This document shows, one piece after another, positions 56,010 through 64,000 of a stretch of DNA of 64,000 bases. Made by a program: the position numbers and the translations under genes. Numbering within the stretch: position 1 is the first letter of the stretch; each line of letters starts with the position of its first letter. The notes beneath the pieces were generated by a model, which saw nothing but the letters and a program-made list of their open reading frames with translations, had not been told where the DNA came from and made no database searches. Source of the DNA: an uncultured cyanobacterium (GTDB lineage Bacteria; Cyanobacteriota; Cyanobacteriia; PCC-6307; Cyanobiaceae); the NCBI GenBank assembly GCA_963697335.1, contig CAVONQ010000014.1:64001-128000 (forward strand). Direction: 5' to 3'.

Positions 56010-57265
56010 GGGGAGGTCCTCCTGGTGCGGTCGGCGTTCTGGCGGGTCACGGGCCTGGCGTTGAAATCATCGGTGCGCTGCCGGCCCGCCAGCTTCCGCC
56101 ACCACTCGCCCGCCCCATAGGCGGCAAAACGCACGCCTGCCGCCAGATTCGCCGCCAAAGCGCCCTGCCGGGCTGGCCGCTCGAGGGCCTGCTCGTAGAG
56201 GCCAACCTGGATCCTGGCCGCTCGGGAGAGGGAGAAGCGCTCCACCGCCGTGGAGCGGCCGAAGTCGCCCAGCTCCTGCCTTAACGCCGTGTCGGCAAGC
56301 AGGGGCTGAAGCTCCAGCAGCAGGGTGGCGACACCGTCGCAGGCCGGGCCCCCGATGCCGTAGAGGCCGGTCCACAGGAAGTCGGCCAGGCTGTCGGGGG
56401 TGAGGGTGCGCCAGAACCCCAGCTCACCCTGAACGATCAAGGGCTTGCGAAACGCCATGGCCCGCAGGGCCGAGCCTCCCATCCCCAGGGCGATGTCAGC
56501 GGCCGCATAGGCCGGGCGCGGATCCTCCATCGCTCCCGTGAGGATCACCGTTCCGGCCCCACACCTGCCGTTCACCTGGGCAGCAAGGACCTCCACCTCA
56601 GGCCGCGCCGGGCCGTCCCCAACCAGAACCAGCCTGAGCCGCTGGTCGGAGCTGGTCTCGCCGATGGCGCGGATCGCTGAGAGGGTGCCCTCCAGCTTCA
56701 GCTCCCTGGACAGGCGGGCCACCGCCACCACGGCAATGGCGTCGTCAGGGATTCCCCAGCGGCGGCGAAACGCTGAGGCCTGGGCCTCGCAGGGGGCGTT
56801 GTGGTCGGTGTCAACCGGGGGCTCGAGCACCGACACCCGGCGGCGGCCGGCCTGGCGCTCGGCCTCGGCAATTTCCTCGGTACCCACCACCAGGTCGCGA
56901 TGGTGAGGAATGAACGGGGCGACGGCCATCGACATCACCGTGGTGATCACCCGGGTGGCCGGCCTGAGCGCAGCGGCCAGCTCCGCCTCCAGGGCAGGGG
57001 GCCATTCGTAGCCGTGCACGATGTCGATGCGTCGCTGCCGGGCGAGGCCCGCGATCGCCGCCACGATGGACAATGTGGGCCGCCGCCGGGGACGGGGGGA
57101 CTCGACGAAGCCCAGCCCCAAGTCCCGGATCCGGCTGAGCAGCTGGCCGGAGCGACCAAACACCACCACCTCATGGCCACGGTCCCGCACGGCAGCAGCC
57201 AGCTCGATGGCATTCAACTGGCTGCCTCCCAGCTCAAGGCTGTGGGGAATCACCATGATCCTCAT
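56006..57265 (-). CDS. Glycosyltransferase family 4
   Basis: LELGGSQ, GHEVVV, VARL, LVGDGP, YAAADI. Confidence 0.88.
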   Translation of the reverse strand: MRIMVIPHSLELGGSQLNAIELAAAVRDRGHEVVVFGRSGQLLSRIRDLGLGFVESPRPRRRPTLSIVAAIAGLARQRRIDIVHGYEWPPALEAELAAALRPATRVITTVMSMAVAPFIPHHRDLVVGTEEIAEAERQAGRRRVSVLEPPVDTDHNAPCEAQASAFRRRWGIPDDAIAVVAVARLSRELKLEGTLSAIRAIGETSSDQRLRLVLVGDGPARPEVEVLAAQVNGRCGAGTVILTGAMEDPRPAYAAADIALGMGGSALRAMAFRKPLIVQGELGFWRTLTPDSLADFLWTGLYGIGGPACDGVATLLLELQPLLADTALRQELGDFGRSTAVERFSLSRAARIQVGLYEQALERPARQGALAANLAAGVRFAAYGAGEWWRKLAGRQRTDDFNARPVTRQNADRTRRTSP

Positions 57266-58596
57266 GGGTTGCTCCCCATGCCAACGCTCAACAGGGGGCG
57301 GACGAACAGTCTGCTCGGCCGCTGATGCGCCAGCCTGGTGAATTCAGGGCCCCCAAGAGAAGCAATCGCAGCGATAGTGACATAGAGAAACACAAATGAC
57401 TGATCATAATAAGCAATGGCAAGAGAGCTTGTCACATGGGAAAATAACGAGACACCAAGAGCCCAGTATAGAAAGGCATAGTCGGGCCTTTTTCTCTCCA
57501 TCAAATGCACTGACTGTCCAACCAAAGAAAAGCACTTGGCCAGCAGGATCACAAAGAGGATCAATAGCGGCAACCCACCAAGAACCCCTAGCAACAGGTA
57601 GTGATTAGTGATGTCGGTATGATTGGGGCTCCAGCCCACTCCGCTGGCAATCCAATGCCTGGTGAAGTCGGTTCCAGCCAACCACCACTCACCAAGATGT
57701 TCCATGGACGCCTCAATCAATCGGGCCCTGTGCCAGCCGGTGCTACCGCCGGTGAGATCAATCCGCGCCATCAGGTAATACGGGGGTGTCGTCATGATCA
57801 CCATCAGCAGCCCATAGGCAGCCAGGGCAGCCCAGCGGATTGTGGACATGGCAGCACGAATGTTCCAACACAGCAGCCCGACCACGGCCACCATGGCGCT
57901 CATCAGAGGTCCACTCGAAGCACTGGCAATCACCATGGTGACCGCGGCAAAGGCCCCTACCAAAGCCGCTCCCCGGCGCAAGTTCCACAGGCCAACGCAC
58001 AGCGGCAGCATGGCGCCCCCGACCGTGCCCGCCAGGATGGCGTGGGCAAAAGGGCCCTGGGCACGAACCCGTCCCCCGCGAATGTCGGGAACGGCGGGCA
58101 CGCCGCCGAGGTAGGAGAACAGGTTGCTGGCTGTGAGCTTCTCGTAGACCATCATCAGGGCCACCGGCAGCAGCAACCAGGCCACGACGCGGCAGAGGAA
58201 AATCAGATCGGCCGGGCTGCGGCAGAACGCGCGCAAGAGGATATAGGTGCCCAATGCGTTGAAGACCAGGCCGCCGTTGAAGGTGAGCGTGGCAACCGGG
58301 TCGGGGCGAAAGATGCTGGCGGCTAGCGCCAGGCACGACCACACCAGCATCAGACGATCCAGGGGGCTGGCTGGCAGGCCGCGATACTCACCGAGGACGA
58401 TGAGACGCACGAAGCCGGCAAGAATGACCAGCCGGATCGAAAAGAAGTTGAAGGGCCCCAGCATCACCCCCTGGGCCAAGGTGGTGTAGCAAGCCATCAC
58501 CAGAATGGGCACTGGAGCCCAGCGACGCGGAACCACCAGAATGGTTGGCAAAGCAACCACAAGCAGAACGATTCCTGGGAGTGTGAGGGGAAGCAT
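57262..58596 (-). CDS. O-antigen ligase/Wzy polymerase-like membrane protein
   Basis: Multiple TM helices; RAQGPFAHAILAG, TGWHR, DITNHY. Confidence 0.8.
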   Translation of the reverse strand: MLPLTLPGIVLLVVALPTILVVPRRWAPVPILVMACYTTLAQGVMLGPFNFFSIRLVILAGFVRLIVLGEYRGLPASPLDRLMLVWSCLALAASIFRPDPVATLTFNGGLVFNALGTYILLRAFCRSPADLIFLCRVVAWLLLPVALMMVYEKLTASNLFSYLGGVPAVPDIRGGRVRAQGPFAHAILAGTVGGAMLPLCVGLWNLRRGAALVGAFAAVTMVIASASSGPLMSAMVAVVGLLCWNIRAAMSTIRWAALAAYGLLMVIMTTPPYYLMARIDLTGGSTGWHRARLIEASMEHLGEWWLAGTDFTRHWIASGVGWSPNHTDITNHYLLLGVLGGLPLLILFVILLAKCFSLVGQSVHLMERKRPDYAFLYWALGVSLFSHVTSSLAIAYYDQSFVFLYVTIAAIASLGGPEFTRLAHQRPSRLFVRPLLSVGMGSNP

Positions 58597-58626
58597 GGTC
58601 GGACTACATGGATCGCATGGAGATGA

Positions 58627-60489
58627 TCAACTCACTCTGGGGGACTGACCCGCCCCGGGGCCAAAAAACTCCTGGTACCAAACCTCCAGGCAGAGCAGGG
58701 TCCAGAGCCGGATCTCCTCGTTAGCCCGCCCCTGGCGGTGACGCTCGAGCAGTTGGCGCACCAGGGTGCGATCAAACACCTGACAGGCAAACGAATCCTT
58801 GGACGTGAGCGCATCCCACGCAAAGGCCTCAAGCCCGCCACGGAACCAGGCATCGAGGGGCACCTTGAAGCCCACCTTGCGGCGATTGACGATGTGCTCG
58901 GGGAGGTAGCGCAGCGCCACCTGCTTGACCAGCCACTTGGTGGTGCCGTTGCGCAGTTTCAAGCTTGAGGGCAGCGAAAAAGCGAGTTCCACCATGGCGC
59001 GATCGAGGAATGGGGGCCGCAGCTCCGATGAAGCCGCCATCGACATGCGATCCCCCCGTTCCAGCAGGTTGTCGGGCAACCAGCTCTGCAGATCAACCAG
59101 TAGCATCCGGCGCAGGGCGTCCCCGCGCGGCGGCCGCATCCAGCCCGGGGCTGGGTTGCTCGGGGCGGCCATGAGCAACGCCTGACGCTCGGAGGCGGTG
59201 AAGGGTGAGAACCAACCGCGAAAGCGACTGCTGGCGTCGCGCTCGGCCAGGGCCCGCAGGGCCACACGCAGGCGGCCCGCCGCAGGCGGCAGGCAGCGTT
59301 CAATGGCACCCAACAGGGCCGCACGGAGGGGGGTGGGAACAACCCCGGCCCATGCAGAGAGCTGGGCGTAGCGGTGTTTGGGGTAGCCACCGAACAGCTC
59401 ATCGCTGCCTTCGCCGGAGAGCACCACGGAGACGCTCCGCCGGGCCACTTGAGCAAGGCGAAACACGGCGATGTCGGCAGGTTCAGACATCGGTGCATCG
59501 CGGTGCCAGGTCAGCTGATGCCAGAGACTATGAAAGTCGCTGGGGGTCACTGTGACCTCGCGATGCTCCGTGCCAAGGAGTTCGCTCACCTGCCGTGCAT
59601 AATCCAGTTCATCAACGCGTGGATCCCCAAATCCAGCTGCGAATGTGCAGACTCCTTTCCCCTGGCGCAGCTCACTGATCATCGCCACGATCAGGCTGGA
59701 ATCCACGCCCCCACTCAAGTAGGCACCCACCGGAACATCGGCCACCAGGGAGCGGTCCACCGCCCCACGCAGCGTCTCAGCCAGCTGTTGCACCGCCTCG
59801 TCAGCAGTGGCTGGGATGGCGCTCGGCGCTGGAACCTGCCAATAACGACAGGGGGGCTCGATGCCCTGCTCACCCACCCGCAGCAGGTGGCCCGGCGGCA
59901 GTTTCCTGATGCCATGGAACAGCGTGTAGGGCGCGGGCACGGCCCGCTGGCTCAGGTAGGCGTCGAGGCTGAGGGTGTCCACACTGACGGCCGGAATGGC
60001 GGGCAGAAGGGCCTTGATCTCCGAGGCGAAAGCAAACAGCCTGGCGTCGACGTAGTAGTAGAGCGGCAGGATCCCCATGCGATCGCGAGCCAGCCACAGA
60101 CTGCCGTCGCACATATCGTGCAGCCCGAAGGCAAACTGTCCTTCCAGCTCAGAAAGGCCGGCAGCGCCGCGAGCCCCGTAGCAGGCCAGGATCGTCTCTG
60201 TATCGCCGTCGGTCCGGTAGGGGTAGGCGACTCGCCTGCGCAAGTCGAGGAAGTTGAGGATCTCGCCGTTAAAGGTGAGATGGCAGGCGCCATCCACCGA
60301 GGCCATGGGCTGACTTGAGCCATCCAGGTCAATGATCGCCAGCCGGCGATGGCCAAAGCCGACCGCCCCGCTGCTCCAGTACCCCTCGGCATCCGGGCCA
60401 CGGTGGGGGAGGCGAGCAGCCATGGCGCGCAGCAGAGAAGCCTCTACAGGACGCCCATCAAACCTGCGCATCCCGACTATCCCGCACAT
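58627..60489 (-). CDS. asnB: Asparagine synthase (glutamine-hydrolysing)-like amidotransferase
   Basis: MCGI, HRGPD, HRRLAIID, FNGEI, LSGGVDSS, SGEGSDELFGGY, RPPFLD, KVGF. Confidence 0.93.
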   Translation of the reverse strand: MCGIVGMRRFDGRPVEASLLRAMAARLPHRGPDAEGYWSSGAVGFGHRRLAIIDLDGSSQPMASVDGACHLTFNGEILNFLDLRRRVAYPYRTDGDTETILACYGARGAAGLSELEGQFAFGLHDMCDGSLWLARDRMGILPLYYYVDARLFAFASEIKALLPAIPAVSVDTLSLDAYLSQRAVPAPYTLFHGIRKLPPGHLLRVGEQGIEPPCRYWQVPAPSAIPATADEAVQQLAETLRGAVDRSLVADVPVGAYLSGGVDSSLIVAMISELRQGKGVCTFAAGFGDPRVDELDYARQVSELLGTEHREVTVTPSDFHSLWHQLTWHRDAPMSEPADIAVFRLAQVARRSVSVVLSGEGSDELFGGYPKHRYAQLSAWAGVVPTPLRAALLGAIERCLPPAAGRLRVALRALAERDASSRFRGWFSPFTASERQALLMAAPSNPAPGWMRPPRGDALRRMLLVDLQSWLPDNLLERGDRMSMAASSELRPPFLDRAMVELAFSLPSSLKLRNGTTKWLVKQVALRYLPEHIVNRRKVGFKVPLDAWFRGGLEAFAWDALTSKDSFACQVFDRTLVRQLLERHRQGRANEEIRLWTLLCLEVWYQEFFGPGAGQSPRVS

Positions 60490-61013
60490 GGCCCATGCCT
60501 CCCTGCCGGGGGTGCCGCCGACAGGGGCGCAGACCCCGGCCCCTGGATCAGATCACGAAGAGCTGTGATCAGCGACTCACTCGCATAAGCCCCAATCTCA
60601 CCGCGGGCACGGAGTTGATCCAAACCATCGAGCCTAGCCCTCAGTTCATGCTCATCCATGGCAACATTGATCTTCCCTAAAGCCATAAGATGTCGAGCCG
60701 TGGCGAGCTGGTGCTCATTCCGTTGCTCACCGAATGAGGCACGTCGGGGCATCACCAGGATCGGCTTCTGCCACTGAAGTGCCGAGAGAATCGTTCCCAT
60801 GCCCGCATGGGCAATGACGACATCCGCTGCTGTAAACCGCTGCCGAAATTCAGGCGGCTGCAAGAAGTTTGTCCATTCGATGGCAGCAGGCTGCCAATCC
60901 GTGGCACCAATCTGGGCAAAGACATCCTGCCGCGCCTTGGTCCGCGCCCAATCATCCACAACCCGCACAAGCCGATTGAAGGGCAGATCGGTTCCAACCG
61001 TCACCAAAATCAA
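60477..61013 (-). CDS. PssE/Cps14G-like glycosyltransferase subunit (Alg13-like)
   Basis: ILVTVGT..PFNRL, IAHAGMGTI, MPRR...E.RNEHQ. Confidence 0.9.
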   Translation of the reverse strand: MILVTVGTDLPFNRLVRVVDDWARTKARQDVFAQIGATDWQPAAIEWTNFLQPPEFRQRFTAADVVIAHAGMGTILSALQWQKPILVMPRRASFGEQRNEHQLATARHLMALGKINVAMDEHELRARLDGLDQLRARGEIGAYASESLITALRDLIQGPGSAPLSAAPPAGRHGPCAG

Positions 61014-61501
61014 AGCACGCTACCTCGGTAATACGGGCCATTCTCTGAGGCCAGATGCGCCCACTGGGTCAGCCAGAGTTCAGCATGAGGGCCCGCTTTA
61101 CGACCAGCCAGAGAGAGTTCGTCGGCATTGGCAATGCTATCCACCCAGATCGTGCGAGCTCCAAAGAACCTGCCGATCCGAATCGCAAAATAGCCAGGTG
61201 CGGCACCGGTGGTGATCACAATGTCGGGCCGCTCCACCCAGATCAAGCGCAGGATGGCCCAGACGAGGCGCAGAAGGCCGAGCTTGTTCCAGCGGTTGGC
61301 ATCAGGGATAAGGCGGAATTCGTCCCCAGGGCTGAGGGTTTGGCGATAACCCGTGTTCGCCGTGGCGAAGACAACCTGGCAATCGGCGAAGGCAGGTCTC
61401 AACCGCAGAAGCTGCACCCAGTGGCCCCCACCGGAGGAGAGGGCAAGAACCCTGATCATCTGGCGGGCAGGCCGGGGGCGAGAAGGGATTCGCTTGAGCA
61501 C
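61010..61501 (-). CDS. PssD/Cps14F-like glycosyltransferase subunit (Alg14-like)
   Basis: SSGGGHWVQL, RPDIVITTGAAPG, DSIAN, LTQW. Start may be ATG 61459. Confidence 0.9.
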   Translation of the reverse strand: MLKRIPSRPRPARQMIRVLALSSGGGHWVQLLRLRPAFADCQVVFATANTGYRQTLSPGDEFRLIPDANRWNKLGLLRLVWAILRLIWVERPDIVITTGAAPGYFAIRIGRFFGARTIWVDSIANADELSLAGRKAGPHAELWLTQWAHLASENGPYYRGSVL

Positions 61502-61502
61502 G

Positions 61503-63122
61503 TCAATCTACCTCCCTGGCAGGGTCGAGAATAGAACGGAGCTTCGGCCATCTGCTTGCCGTTCCCGTCAAACGTAGCAAGGCGCGTAGGCAATACCACG
61601 TGCTGGCCACAGTGAGGCCAATGCCGAAGACAAGAGCTGCCCCCTGAGGTAGAACAAGCTGCAACACAAAGCTGACCCAGCAGGTCAGCAGAAAAGAGAG
61701 ACTTGCCCTGATGTTGTGAGCTGTAAACCTGAAGCCAGTGAGGCTTCGCGCGAGCGGGTAGACGACCAAAGCATGCAGCACGTAGGACAAGATGAAGGCA
61801 ACGCCAGCTCCGCCAAGCCCAAAGGTGCGCAGGCACCACCAAGTGGCGCCAACATTGAAGCTGGCCCAGATGAGCTCAGTAGCCAAGAAAGCGAGGCGTT
61901 TATTTTTAGCCACAATGATATAGCCCATCGGCCAGGTGATCACACGCATGGCCATGCCCAGACAGATCCAGCGCAAGAGCAAAACAGCTGCTTCGAACTT
62001 CGCGCTGTAGAACAGAAATACAACTACAGGTGCAAACGTGATTGTCGCGATGATGCCGGGGGCAGCTAGCAACAGACTGGCCTGGGTCTGCTCATTCACC
62101 GTGATATTGCAGACGTGATGGTCATTGATGACCCCTACGAGCCGCGGGTAAAAGTCCATCCCTAGGGCCTGAAGCACAAAGCCCACATAGAGCCCGCCCA
62201 ACGTCCAGGAGGCCTGATACATCCCTGCAGCATCAAGCCCCAGCGTTCGCAGCACTAATGTGCGTACCGCATAGGCCGCGCCGGCCATCAGCAGGCCGCT
62301 GCCCAGGAACGCCAGCCCCAGCTTGAAAAGTAGGGTGGACTCATGGACAATCTCTGCCGGCCTGGGAGAGACGGGAATGATCCGCACTTGTTGGCCATAC
62401 CACCAGGAAAGAGTGGCCGCAGCGATCGCAGCAGCCACCAAGGAGGGCACGATGCCCCGCTCGGCCATGCTGTAGACGATTGCCACGGTGGCCAGCCCCC
62501 CCAACAGCGCGCCATAGATGGCGACCTGCGCCATGGCTTTCATCCGGCGCATGCCCTGGAGCAGGGCCCCCTGCCCCCCTTCAACCACCCACAGGAAGAG
62601 GGCAAACGAGAGCAGCGCAATCGACGAGGCCTGCTCCTCGTTGCCGAAGGTCAGCCTCGACACGGCGCCGGAATTCATCCAGAGAGCGATGGCGCCGAGA
62701 GCGGCGCACAGCAGAGTCGTCCGCCGCAGCACTGTGGCGGTGAGAGCCAGGCGTTGCTGATCGCCTGAACTGGCGGCTTCAGCAATTTGTCGGACGCCAC
62801 TGCCGGTGAGGCCGAGCTGGGCGATGTTGCGGGACAGCTCCAGGATCATCGTGAACGCGCCCATCAGGCCGATGCCTGCCGGACCGAGCAGCACGGCAAG
62901 GGCCTTATTCCGCAAGGCACCAACAACGACATTGATTAGGGACGCCCCCCCGATCAACGCCGACGACTTCAGAATGGTGCCGAAGGTGCCGCTGGTTTTG
63001 GCGACCTCCGCGTTCGCCACTGCATCGCGGGCATCCGCACCAGTCCGTGACTGGACTGGAGGGGCCGCGGTGCCATCTGGCCCTGTCAACCGGAGCTCCT
63101 GATTCGGGGAGATGGTGCTCAA
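61503..63122 (-). CDS. Wzx O-antigen/polysaccharide flippase
   Basis: ILKSSALIGG...RNKALAVLLGPAGIG, DFYPRL, about 12 TM helices. Start uncertain (ORF open to 63197). Confidence 0.88.
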   Translation of the reverse strand: MSTISPNQELRLTGPDGTAAPPVQSRTGADARDAVANAEVAKTSGTFGTILKSSALIGGASLINVVVGALRNKALAVLLGPAGIGLMGAFTMILELSRNIAQLGLTGSGVRQIAEAASSGDQQRLALTATVLRRTTLLCAALGAIALWMNSGAVSRLTFGNEEQASSIALLSFALFLWVVEGGQGALLQGMRRMKAMAQVAIYGALLGGLATVAIVYSMAERGIVPSLVAAAIAAATLSWWYGQQVRIIPVSPRPAEIVHESTLLFKLGLAFLGSGLLMAGAAYAVRTLVLRTLGLDAAGMYQASWTLGGLYVGFVLQALGMDFYPRLVGVINDHHVCNITVNEQTQASLLLAAPGIIATITFAPVVVFLFYSAKFEAAVLLLRWICLGMAMRVITWPMGYIIVAKNKRLAFLATELIWASFNVGATWWCLRTFGLGGAGVAFILSYVLHALVVYPLARSLTGFRFTAHNIRASLSFLLTCWVSFVLQLVLPQGAALVFGIGLTVASTWYCLRALLRLTGTASRWPKLRSILDPAREVD

Positions 63123-63124
63123 GA

Positions 63125-64000
63125 TCAGAAGGCCGTATGGGAAAAGATGCTGATCGGCGTTCTCAGAAGAATTTCCAGATCCAGCATCAAGGACCACTCT
63201 CTTTGGTAACGCAGATCATCTTCAACCCGCGTCTGCATGGCCTTCAGGTCTGCCGTTTCGCCACGCCAGCCATCAACCTGAGCCAGACCTGTAATTCCAG
63301 GCTTACAGAGATGGCGCTCCATGTAGCCAGAAATCCGCTTACGGTAAAACTCATTGTGTTCGACGGCATGGGGCCGAGGACCCACCAGGCTCATCGAGCC
63401 ACTGAGCACATTGAAGAGCTGAGGAAGCTCATCCAGAGACCAACGGCGCAGGAAACGTCCCAACGGAGTCACCCGTGGATCGTTGCGCATGGCCTGTCTC
63501 AGGTGGGGCTGATCACCTCGCTCCATCACCGTCATGGTGCGAAATTTAAGGATTTTGAAGGGCCGACCATCAATCCCATACCGATCCTGCAAAAAGAGTA
63601 CAGGGCCAGGGCTGGTGAGCTTGATCAGGGCTGCGATGGTCAGCAGCAAGGGGGATAGCAGTGCCAGCAGACTGAACGAGATCAGAATGTCACTCAAGCG
63701 CTTGATCTGAAGGTCCATGAACACGGACTCCTTCCCCCAAAGACCAATGCAGAAGGCTGAACCGAGCTGCTCCACCTGAAAGCACATTGAGGGATGGGCC
63801 CATTCTGGGATATAATGGACGGGGCTACAGGTGTCTCCAAAGCACTTCAACAGTTCTTCTATCGGTACCGCATCGCCGGAAACATGACTGAAGAAGATCT
63901 TATCAATCCTGTTGGTGTTTAACCACTGCTGCATCTCGTTCAGACCGCCCGCACAGGGGGGCATTCCATCGGGGAGGTCAGGGGCCTGCCCTGAGGGATG
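63125..64000 (-). CDS. Priming sugar transferase (WcaJ/PssA-like undecaprenyl-phosphate glycosylphosphotransferase), 3' part
   Basis: KRLSDI...SPGPVLFLQ.RYG..G.PF...KFRTM...DPRVT..GRFLRRWSLDELPQLFNVL.G.MSLVGPRP...KPGITG.AQV. The frame is open to the window edge. Confidence 0.93.
   Translation of the reverse strand, partial: HPSGQAPDLPDGMPPCAGGLNEMQQWLNTNRIDKIFFSHVSGDAVPIEELLKCFGDTCSPVHYIPEWAHPSMCFQVEQLGSAFCIGLWGKESVFMDLQIKRLSDILISFSLLALLSPLLLTIAALIKLTSPGPVLFLQDRYGIDGRPFKILKFRTMTVMERGDQPHLRQAMRNDPRVTPLGRFLRRWSLDELPQLFNVLSGSMSLVGPRPHAVEHNEFYRKRISGYMERHLCKPGITGLAQVDGWRGETADLKAMQTRVEDDLRYQREWSLMLDLEILLRTPISIFSHTAF

Noticed and set aside
58627..60489. AsnB as a lasso-peptide cyclase
   Set aside because: It retains the N-terminal Cys glutaminase domain. 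No precursor, B1/B2 peptidase or RRE is nearby, and the context is polysaccharide synthesis.
1..64000. HIP1 (GCGATCGC) occurrences, rRNA/tRNA genes
   Set aside because: Scattered HIP1 copies are ordinary for cyanobacteria and were not counted rigorously. No rRNA or tRNA sequence was recognised.

Overview
High-GC picocyanobacterial (Cyanobium/Synechococcus-like) chromosome segment. The lineage is inferred from hli, HU, hoxEFUYH and several picocyanobacterial small proteins. The left end has a phoX 5' end, DoxX, hli, glgX, HU and gluQ. The centre is a fermentation/hydrogen locus: hoxEFUYH ... hoxW, hypABFC-nifJ(PFOR)-DHODH-like-hypDE, and further on D-lactate dehydrogenase and a GH57-like enzyme. 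The main hidden structure is a lower-GC integron gene-cassette array between hoxH and hoxW. It has an attI-like site, five attC sites with matching cassette ends and no integrase gene in the window. Its cassettes carry an unknown protein, an orphan TIR-like effector, a papain-family protease/alpha-beta-hydrolase fusion, a disabled RelE/HigB-type TA pair and a DUF4160/DUF2442 pair. A bufferin-type MNIO RiPP cluster (DUF2282/DUF692/DUF2063) and selO lie between hoxW and hypA. The right end has two divergent DUF4082-type proteins (one fused to a Hint domain, one a large NPCBM/Calx-beta/beta-helix protein) next to a Wzx/Wzy polysaccharide operon. All family assignments come from motif recognition by eye, not database searches.
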